This document shows, in pieces, positions 53,765 to 64,000 of a stretch of DNA of 64,000 nucleotides. Numbering within the stretch: position 1 is the stretch's first letter; each line of letters starts with the position of its first letter. The notes under the pieces were generated by a model. It did not search any database. It saw nothing but the letters and a program-made list of their open reading frames with translations, and had not been told where the DNA came from. The DNA is taken from contig NC_045697.1 in NCBI RefSeq assembly GCF_009834535.1, forward strand, positions 111,850,001-111,914,000. The letters run 5' to 3'. Source of the stretch: Camelus ferus (Eukaryota). Position numbers and translations under genes: made by a program.

Positions 53765-56700
53765 GAGCGATTGATTTTATTTTTTCTTTTTCTAAATATA
53801 TTTTTATTGAAGTATAGTCAGTTTACAATGTGTCAGTTTCTGGTGTACAGCAAAATACATCAGTCATATAGGAACATACATAAATTTGTTTTCATACTGT
53901 TTTTCACCATAGGTTACTACAAGATACTGAATATAGTTCCCTGTGCTGTACAGTATAAACTTGTTTTTTATCAAATGTTTTCATACTGATGTCCTTATTA
54001 TTTTTTGAGTGTTTCAATGAGCTGTACTTAAACGTACAGATCGATAACTTTTCTTTTAAAAGGCTCTTTCAGTAAGTGTATTGAGTAAAGCATTTTGAAG
54101 TAGACGTGGCTATTGTCACAAAATAATCAATGGACATTAAAAAATAACACAACAAATTAACTCTCTAACTCTCTTACTAAGACTGCCTGCAGTGTTTTGG
54201 CATCAGGCACTTTGAAGAAGGTCATATTTTAAAGACATTAGCATTTCATGATTTAAAATAATCCAAACAAATTTAGCCATCTGTCTATAGTTTTATTTCC
54301 AAACGTTTCCATTCGATCAAATGGGCCGTAACTGTCAGTCTAGCTGTACCTAGTTACCCAATGGCAGAGATCAAACTAGAGAATGGAAACAAACCGCCTT
54401 TGCTTTTGCAGGCAGTAAGTCCTTCTCACGCTCTCTGCCTTCAAATCATCCTCATCAAGGAAGACTTGCCCATAAATACTTTTCAAAAAGCAGCACTTTC
54501 CCGCTTTGGAATGTGGAGAGTAACATATGTTATGATTTCCCCGGAGAGGCCAATGCCTGTACCTTTCTCTTCATTCTTAGTATGTTACCTATTTTGACCC
54601 TTGCTACTAAGTCAAGAAACATTAGGACATTGTAAGTTGCAGTGAGAAGGCAGATGCTTATTTTCCAGTGGAAATCGAGTCAGGGGAGAGCACTAGAGAG
54701 TCTTCACCTCCTCCAGACCATCTGGGGCAGGGGACCCAGCTGGTTACCACACCTACCCAACTGCTGGACGTCCACGCATGCAGTGTAGAAAGTGCTTTAC
54801 TGATGTCCTTTATGGTGGCATTTTGTGTGTGTGGCAGGAAACATCATCTGCATATTTCACATGGGAATGGAATTTGCCTTTATAGAAGAATGTGGATAAC
54901 ATCTCCTCATGCATTTATGCATTTCTTTCTCTTCTATCCCACCCCCCATTTATTTTAATTTTTAGATACACCAATTTATTTCAATAAAGATGGTGTAATA
55001 GAGTAGTTAAGAGCACTATACTTTGGCATCAGAAGGATTGGGTGGAAAACTTATCTCTACCACATGTTGGCTGTGTGTGCTTAAGTTTCTTCACAGTGAG
55101 TTGGATAAAGTCTAACAGGAAAGAAGTGAGGCATAAATGAGAATGCAGGTCAAGCACTCAGGGCAGGGCCTGGTGAGTGAAATGCTAGCTTTTACTGTTA
55201 ATTGCATTTTGAATTATATTCAACAGTGACTGGTGCATGGCATGGCCATGTGAGTGGCACCTGCAGGACATACCATCCCCTTGTTCCTGATCATGTGACA
55301 CATGAACCACACTGCTGCTGCCTGTGTCACCTGTCCTGGTATGGGGTGTGTGAGGAAGAACAAAAGATTTGACAATAAGAGGAATGGACAAAAACAGGCA
55401 TTTTTTTGGTTTGGTGGCAGAATTTAGGTGGACATGGCTTCCTACATCAAACTTTTCATGTTTCCTGGGATCTTTAATCATCTTACTATTTTCAAGTCAG
55501 ACAAAGATAAATATCATATAATATCACTTATATGTGGAATCTAAAAAAAATGATACACATTCCATTTACAAACCGAAAACAGAGTCACAGACATAGAAAA
55601 CAAACTATGGTAACCAAAGGGGAAAGGGCAGGGAGGGATAAATTAGGGGTTGGGGATTAACAGATACACACTACTATGTATAAAAGAGATAAATAACAAG
55701 GACCTTCAGTATAGCATAGCGAACTGTATTCAATTTCTTGTTATAACATACAATGGAAAAGAATCTGAAAAGAAAATATGTATATATGTGTGTGTATGTA
55801 TAACTGAATCACTTTGCTGTACACCTGAAACTAACATTGTAAATCAACCACACGTTAATAAAAATTTTTTAAATAAAAATAAATTAAAAAAGAACAACCT
55901 TTAACAAAAATCTTACTACTTTGACCATAAGTATCTAATGATTCTTTTTCCAGAGCTCAGCCTCAGTCCCCACTAGAGATGCTATGTCCTGGCACACAGT
56001 CATCTCTCTTTGAGACTCAGCAGCATGACTTCCATTTCCTTGGTCCTCTGCTCCCCGGAACCCCAGGTTCTCTTGCCCGTTCCCATGGCAACATATGTGG
56101 ATGTCTGCCTTCTCATTGGGCAGAGATTTGACTCAACCACAACAGGTAGGGGCTCGGTTCCTACATTTCCATCAGCCCAGCCCTTTCAGCTTGCCCTTCC
56201 TGGGGGTGGATGGTGCCTGGGGTTGAAATGCCCAGAGCCTTGCCCCTTAGGCAGAGTGAGAACTAAAGTGAACCTAACCTACAGGGCATGGCGGCGCAGG
56301 CACCCGATTAACAGAATTTCAGTGACAGTCTCAATGCTGTCACGTACCCCCTGAGACCTAGCATCATCTTCCTGTGTGACCTTGAGGAAGTCATGAAGTT
56401 GCTTCAAGCTCCACTTTCATTACCTGTTAAGTGGGTTTATTGCTTATCCATATCCCCTTGAAGGATCATTGTGAAATCTCAAGAAAGGAGAAGGTGGATT
56501 AACAGAACTCGGTTGCATGTCTATTGCATGTCACATAGTAAGACAGTTTACACCGAGGGATCCCATAAACTGAAAATAATCATAATGTTAGCTAGTACTT
56601 TTGTTACTTTGATTATTTGTGCTTTTTAAAAAAAGACTCAGTAAGATGTGGAGAGGTAGTATCTGTATGCTGGCATAGAATGTGAACTTTAAATGCCTGG

Positions 56701-57843
56701 AAAGAGTGTGGTTGAGTACAGGAGGAAACCCACCACATCTCCCGCTGTATTTTGTCGGCTGGGCTGGCTGGAACGCTCTCGTGTGGGTGCCTGGTTAAAT
56801 GCAAGGTAATTGTGGACGCCTGCTTCTCTCTCTGCTGATACAGCCAAAGTTCCTGGTTCCAAGGAGTTGCTGATGACATAAATTCCAGCGCACAAAAAAC
56901 CCACACTTTTCATAATGGGTTTCAGACCCATTACTGGTAATAATTTAAAGTTGTTTGAATTCATGGCTAAAGGGAGATGCTTCTGTTTTTCATTAAATGT
57001 CACTGGGACAGGTGCTGAGTTCTGCAGTCTGTAAGGACTGCCAGCCTCTCTGCTAAGTCATATTTAGAAGTGAAATATTTGAATTCCTCCCAAACTTCAA
57101 GAGTCACATTAGTGAGAGAGTTCAAATAGGCACACATTTTATAACCTCTGTTTTGCATCATTTGGTTTAGATTTCAATGGCAAACTTTTTCTCTTCTGGT
57201 GGAATATGGAGTGGCATAAATGGTTGGAAAACAACACGAGTTTGTCTTTATTACATTTGTGGTTGCAGAAAAATCTCTGGGAACACCAGCCTCCTCCTTT
57301 TCTTTCTCCTTTTTTTAAAACTGCAGCAAGAGGTGTTGCAAAAGTAGGGCTTCTCTGCTGGGGAGTGTCTGAAGCAGACACCTTTGTGCCTGGGAGATGG
57401 CAGGTATTCAGAAGACAAGTGACTGGCACGTCCGGCCGATTCATGGAGGGTTGAACTAAGTATTTCAAGCTGTCATTTGGTCTGTTGACTCACGTTTAGA
57501 TGAGGCTGACCACTCCCACCGCCGCCTTTTAGGCTCTGTTCCCAGGTGTCTTTTGTTGAGCTGTGGGGCTTATTTGAATTACTTTATGAGGAATATTTAG
57601 AAAAGAGGGAGAATGGGATGATCAAGGGTGACTTGGACTTCTAACGACCCTGTGACAATTCTCTGTTCTGTCCTTCATTGTAGCTATGGTACAAAAAAAG
57701 TAAAGTCTTGGGGTTTTTTTTGTTTGTTTGTTTTACTTGTGATTCTACAGTTTCTTTTCTTTTTTTTAAATTTATTTATTTTTATTTCTTTTTTTTTTTA
57801 ATGGGGAGGTAATTAGGTTACTTATTTATGTATTTAATGGAGG

Positions 57844-58321
57844 TGTTATCGAAGGTAAGTTCGTGTGCTGGCCACACCATGAGGCCAAACAAACTGAAAC
57901 ATTGAAGCTTGGAGCAGAGGAAGGTTGACTGCAGGGCTGAGCAAGGAGGACAGGGTGACTTATGCCCAAGAAAGCCCCAAACTCTCTGAAGGTTTTCAGC
58001 AAAGTATATTTAAAGTCCCAGTGAGGGAGGGGGTCACAGGGTGCCTGATCAGCTCGAGGACAATCCTCTGATTAGCTGATGTCGAGGTAACAGGGCAGTC
58101 AACACTATCAACTGCTAGGCACCAGAAGGTCTGGGGACCATGTGTCCTTGATCATCAAGTAGTTAATTTCTTCCCTTTGGTGGTGGTTTAAGCATCTGGA
58201 AAACTCAGGAAATATACATGAGATACTATGATCTGGGTGCTTCAGAGAGGAGCTACAGCAGAGAATATGGGATGGGAGTGGTCTGACCCTGGAAAGCCTC
58301 ACCCGGTCCTGCTTGGTTACA
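57844..58321 (-). mobile_element. ERV solo LTR (family B) inserted inside a tRNA-derived SINE (about 57785-58395)
   Basis: TG...CA ends, GAGG TSD at 57840-57843 and 58322-58325. Removing the LTR restores aatggaggtgctggggattgaacccaggac. Confidence 0.85.
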
Positions 58322-61104
58322 GAGGTGCTGGGGATTGAACCCAGGACTTCATGCATGCTAAGCACACACTCTGCTATTGAGCTATACCCTCCCCCTGATT
58401 TCTAAAGTTTCTTATGGACTTGTTAGAAATTTTACAGGAATGAATAACTCAGTCACTGACAGATCTTTGATTATGAAGACTAATTTATTTATTTATTTGT
58501 TTTTAGAGTTTTAACGATGCAACTAAAAACTTCTCTAAACTAGGAGTACACGGCATTTGAAGAGATGTTGATGTTGGACATACAGGAGAAATTCTCACTT
58601 CTTAGGAGATACTTGCTAATGCATATAGATGTGGTGTAGCATGCTGTTGGCAACACATTTCAAAATGTTTTAGCAAAAATATATTATATAGTGATAGATA
58701 AAGGAACTGTGGCAAATTGTTAAGATATCATGGAACTGAATTTTTTGGTAAATGTGTTCCATATATTGTTCATTCAACATTTCTGTGTGTTTGTAGATTT
58801 TCATAATCAAAAGTTGAAAAAACCCTTCTTTTGATATTCACAAAATGCTAAGACTCAACTGACAAACTTGGGAAATATTTGCTAAATATATGCCATATAT
58901 AGGATTATTCTCCTTAAAGTAGAAATCACTTATGAATCAATGAGAGCAAAGATGAACACTCCAATAAAAAATAGGCAAAGGAAATAAAGCTATAGAAAAT
59001 TGTCAATTTACATAGTTGCATAGTGATCTCACTGTCAACAGAAGTATAATTTAAAGCAGATAAAAAGAATTATAATAACTATCAGGCGGTTGCTCTGAGT
59101 CATGCATCATTCAAGCATTTTCCCTCTCTTTTTACATTTAACTCTGGCAAAAATTCTATGATGTGGAAACTATCATTATTTCTGTTTTTACAGAAGAGGA
59201 AATTGAACCCAGAGAAGTTAAATTCCGTGCCCAAGACTACAGTGGGAAAGCATTAGTAAATATTAGATTAGGATTCACGCTAAGACCATCCCTGTCTGGA
59301 GCCTGCTGTCTCGGTAATGTGCTGTACATCTGATGCCCAGGAGGGTGGGCATTCACAGCTGGTGTGTTCACAGAAACCACATTCACCCCCTTTCTGGGGG
59401 GTAATTTGACAATACGTGTGGCTCAAATGCCTTAAAAATGTGCGTAACATTTGACTCAGTGATTCTAGTTCTAGGATTTCTTCTAAGGAAACAGGACAAG
59501 TGTGCAATGATGTTTATACAAAGATATTAATCCAGTCCTGGGTATGTATTAAAAAAATCAAAACTAAATGCCCAATATGTAGAGGACTGGTTAAATAACT
59601 TATGGCTCAGCAATCCAATGGTATGTTAGGCAGCTATTAACAGGTCTATACTTATTTTAAAAATATTTATAAGACATTGCAAATTGAGAAACAAACTGGT
59701 TGCTGTACAGTTTAATCCCATGCTGTTGAACAAAAGAAGTACATCTAAGGCATAGAAAATGTATGTATCTGGAAGAATATATACCAACATTTTAACAATA
59801 CTTGATCTTTAAATGGTAAGAATACAGATTTTCCTCCTTGTTTTTATATGTACTTAAGGATTTTTCCCACAAAAAATATTTTTTGTTACACAATAAAAAT
59901 AATTTTAATGCTGCATACGCAGTAAAACGTAGTGAATATTTGTCATGATGAATTTAAAACTTTTCTTGTAAGAAAACTTTGCATAAGATGTACCCTCAAG
60001 AGACTTTTTAAGTGTACAGTACATCATCGTTAACTCTGGGCATTAAGTTGAGTATCAGATTGCTAGAGTTTATTCACCTTGCATAACTGAAATTTTGTAC
60101 TGGTTGAGTAGCAACTCCCTGCAGTCCCCTCGCCCCAGCACTTGTCAACCACAATTCCAGGCTTTGCTCCCATGAACAGACTCTGTGAATATTTTAGATC
60201 CCTCATATAAGTTGAATCATGCAGTAATTGTCCTTCTGTGACTGACTCGTTTCACTTAGCGTGATATCTGCAAAGTTCATCCATGTTGTCACAAATGGCA
60301 GAAATTTCCTTCTTTTTTTAAGGCTGAAAATATTTTATTGTGGGTGTATGCCATCTTTATTTATTCACCATCTGTGGACATTTAGGTCAATTCCACATCT
60401 TGGCTAGTAGTATGAATAGTGCTGCAATGGACATGGGTGGGCAACTATCTCTTCATGATGAATTTTTTTAAGGAAAGCATCTCAAATGATTATTTTGGAG
60501 ACTAAAGACTGTGTGGTCCACAAGTTATGACTTCCTGCAGTGTGAGTGATCATACTTGATGTTGCATTCTCTCCTCAAGCCAGCTAGTCCTGGCTGTTTT
60601 CTCACTCACGAAGCAGAAATACTAGCTGAAAAAGTCATGACCAGCAAGGCATGCTGCAGCTCTGCACCCACTGATTGGTCTGCATTCTCTCCCTACACTT
60701 TGCTTCCTCTCTTCAGTTTTTCTCCTCTAGCTTTTCTCTTAAGGGTATAAACATGCTCAAGTCTCTTTCACTCTTAACGTAAAGCAAGAATCTTCTCTGG
60801 ATTCTGTTGTCTCCTTAGAGGAATCTTTCTGTCACCTTCTTTTCTTGAAATAAGTCAGTCAACCTTTACTGACTTCAGGTATTCCTCTTTCTGCTCAATC
60901 TGCTGAGATCTAGTATCTACTTGAAACCAACCTGGAAAGCTCTTTATTAACAAATCTAGTGCCTTTGTCTCAGAATTCCCCCTCTCTCATCTCTATTGAA
61001 CTCAGTTAACTGACACAGTTGATTAAGACATCCTTGAGTTTCCTTTCTTAGCATTTACCACTTTTTAAAGCTTATTTTTTTAAATCATATTTTTTTGACA
61101 GTGA

Positions 61105-61396
61105 TTTTTTGGGGGGGCGGTAATTAGACTTATTTGTTATTATTACTTTTTTAATGGAGGTACTGACGATTGAACCCAGGACTTCTTACATGCTATGAAT
61201 GTGCTCTACCACTGAGTGATATACGCTCCCCACTGCATTTACCATTTTTTAAATTCTTTTTGTGTGTGTGTGGGGGGGAAGGTAATTAGATTTATTATTA
61301 TTATTATTATTAATTTAATGGAGGTACTGGAGATCAAACCAATGGCCTCATGCATGCTAAGCATGTGCTCTACCATTGAGCTATACCCTCCCCCTT
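61105..61396 (-). mobile_element. Two adjacent tRNA-derived SINEs
   Basis: ttaatggaggtactg...ctctacca.tgag motif at about 61150 and 61315. Confidence 0.8.
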
Positions 61397-61659
61397 AAAT
61401 TCTTTTTTATTATCCCCTCCATTTCAGTTTCCTTTGTGGCCATCTGTGTTGGGCTGAATAATGACCCCCTCCCCAATATATCCACGTCCTAATCTCCAGA
61501 ACCTGTGAATATTACCTTATATGAAAAAGAGAGTTTGTAGATGTGATTAAGTGAAGGGTCTTAAGAGATGGGGGATTATCCTGGATTAACCCCCAGGCCA
61601 GCTGTAACCCCAATGTTCCTCTTCAGAGGGATACATCAGCAGTCAGAAGGCAGTGTGAT

Positions 61660-62194
61660 TGTGATAGAAAAGAACAAACCTGACTCCATATTAGATCTGT
61701 TCCTTTGGCTTTAATCCTGTGCCCTGTTTTCTAGGCTTTGTCTTGCTGGCTCTGCACCTTTTGAAAAAGAATGTTGCCTTTAGCCTGAAATATACAGGAA
61801 AGCTTATTCAAGGCTCTGACCTTGAAGGATATTAATAATTTTGCACTTATATAAAGATAACAAGTTGCAGAATAGAAAATAACATTTGTCTTGTTGGAGG
61901 TTTTACAGGGGCACCATGACCTGATCCACGTGGACAGCTGCAAGAACAAAGGATTCCAAGAACAAATAATTCCTACACCAAGAAGTTTGCAACAATCAAC
62001 CACACCTCCTCCCCTTTTGTGTATAAAAGGAGCCTGTATTCTGACGTGAGGAAGATGGTTCTCCAGGACACGAGTCTGCCATCTTCTCGGTCTTCTGACT
62101 TTCCAAATAAAGTCACTATTCCCTACCCCAACACCTCATCTCCCATTTATTGGCCTGTCGTGTAGTGAGCAGGATGAGTTTGGACTTGATGACA
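61660..62194 (+). mobile_element. ERV solo LTR (family A) nested in an MLT1-type LTR (about 61445-62435)
   Basis: Closely matches the reverse complement of 15027-15556; MLT1 halves on both sides. Confidence 0.85.
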
Positions 62195-62824
62195 CAAGCA
62201 GAGAGTGGAGTGATTGAGGAAGGGGCTGATAGCTAAGGGGCACAAGAAGCTAAAGAGGCAAAGGAACGCTGTCCCTTCAGAACCTCCAGAGGAAACTAGC
62301 CCTGTCGTCTTCTGGACTTCAGCCCAGTGAGACTGCTTTAGGACTTCTGACCTGCAGAACTATAAGGAATAAATGTGTATTTTAAGCCACTAAGTTTCTG
62401 CTAATTTATTACAGCACTAATAGGAAACTAGTATACTGTGTCTTTATTGATTCTTTCCTAAGTGCCAGAGGAACACATGGCCCTGTATTCTCCTTACTAT
62501 AGAGTAAATATATGTTCTATATGTTTTTACTTGGCAATTTCACCTTCTATCCAAGTTTCAACCATGACCCACGATTCCCAGAACCAGCTGTCTCAATCTA
62601 CATTCAAGTCTTGTGCTATATTATCACTTGGTGTCTTGCAGGCAACTAAAACTCATTAACCTGTGTGCTGTGTGAAGGAGGACTTTCCAGGAAGTTAAAG
62701 AAGTTTAAGGTTCACATTTCTTCACTTGTACGAGTCTCTTCTAAGACCATGGGAGGACCCTAGAAATTTCTATTTGTAATTTTATATAATTTTTCTTAAT
62801 AAAGTTGCCTGTGGTCATAAAGTC

Positions 62825-63190
62825 AGTATCTTAGTGCTTGCAGATGCTGTAACAAAAATTCCACAGGATGTGTGGCTTAAACAACAATCATTTATTTCTC
62901 ATAGTTCTGGAGGCTGAGAAGTCCAAGATCCCTACCCTGGCAGATTCTGTGTCTGGTGAGAACTCAGTTCCTGGTTCACAGACAGCTGTCTTCTCACTGT
63001 GTCCTCATGGGGTGGAAGGGAGGAGGGAGCTCTCTGTGGTCTCTTTTATAAGGGCATGAATCTCATTTATGAGGGTTCCACCTTCCTGGGCTAATCACCT
63101 CCCAAAAGCCCCAGTTCCAAATACCATTGCATTGGGGATTAGGTTTCAACATATGAATTCTGGGGGACACATGCATTTGGTCTATAGTGG
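62825..63190 (-). mobile_element. MaLR MLT1-type LTR
   Basis: ggcttaaacaac...tttatttctcatagttctggaggctgagaagtccaagatc...gtttcaacatatgaatt. Confidence 0.85.
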
Positions 63191-64000
63191 GCAGTAAGTT
63201 ACATTTTCCTTCATAGTTCCATGAGTGAATCCAGCATTTGTGTAACCCCAAGTTTGTACAATTAACCATGTCTATGAAGCACTTAACCTCACACGCAGCA
63301 GGTGGTCACCCAGTTGTAACAGTGTTGTCCTCAGATGCTTTACCTTGGTTAATGACATCACAGTCCTGCCCTACAACAGCCAGACACCTCAGAGTGACTC
63401 TGACACTCACGTACCCATATCCAAGCCAGGAAATCCTATTGGTTTTGACTTTCTAATTAAGGCTTTGCCTTAATTCTGCCCCACAGTGTCTAATCACCAC
63501 AATCTCTGCCTTTATTCAAGTCTTCATTATCTATTTCTTGATTTATTATGATAGCTTCCTAATTTGTTTCTGTGCTAAACTTACTCCAGGGCAATCTCTT
63601 TGCTGCTGATGAATTTATTTTCCTAAAGCCAAAATATAATCACATCTCTATAGCTTAGGGCTTTTGAGATGTGGGTTTAATGTAGGGAGCTCCTACACAG
63701 TAGGGAGACAACAAGCATAACAGTCACTGACCATAAGTGTTCCTGTGCCATGTATTGTGTTTCATACAGAATGTAGTTTCTCAGTTTTAATTATTCCTTC
63801 AGAAAAGCTTTTCCTAATGCCACCAAGCAATACAGTCATGTCACTGATGTTGTATACTTTATAATTCATATCTCAATCAATAATTATCTTGATTTTTTTT
63901 TTTGTTAGTTTACTTATTTATTATCTGTCTCCCCTGCTATCCAGGTTTCAACCATGACCCACGGAATGTAGCTCTGTGTGGAGAGGGATTTTGTTTTTTA

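Noticed and set aside
53609..53989. Hydrophobic poly-Leu ORF resembling a membrane protein
   Set aside because: Translation of the (TTG)n microsatellite and an adjacent antisense L1 3' fragment.
40400..64000. Further coding exons upstream of APELA (for example SMIM31)
   Set aside because: No recognisable coding sequence found by eye; short ORFs there lie in repeats or lack homology. Very small exons cannot be excluded.

Overview
Mammalian (eutherian) genomic DNA, most likely a camelid, judged from abundant tRNA-Ala-derived SINEs resembling the Vic-1 family. It corresponds to the TRIM75-TRIM60-APELA region (human 4q32.3 synteny, from recalled knowledge). Three protein-coding genes are supported. 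(1) An intact, extremely GC-rich TRIM75-like gene with a single coding exon (+, 1338-2783). (2) An AT-rich TRIM60 (-, 8566-7145) with a CpG-island promoter near 13.5-14.0 kb. (3) APELA/ELABELA (-), a 54-aa peptide-hormone precursor missed by the ORF track: coding exons 39926-39851 and 38491-38403, with a non-coding terminal exon starting at about 21493. APELA intron 2 holds a sense-oriented RPL32 processed pseudogene and an ANKRD26-like retro-fragment. The rest is LINE-1/L2, SINE, MaLR and ERV solo-LTR sequence, including nested insertions with clear target-site duplications (TSDs). The most notable signals are the local GC shift in TRIM75, especially its PRY-SPRY domain, a uORF whose stop overlaps the APELA start codon, and substitutions in the mature ELA peptide. 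No clearly novel multi-gene system is supported.
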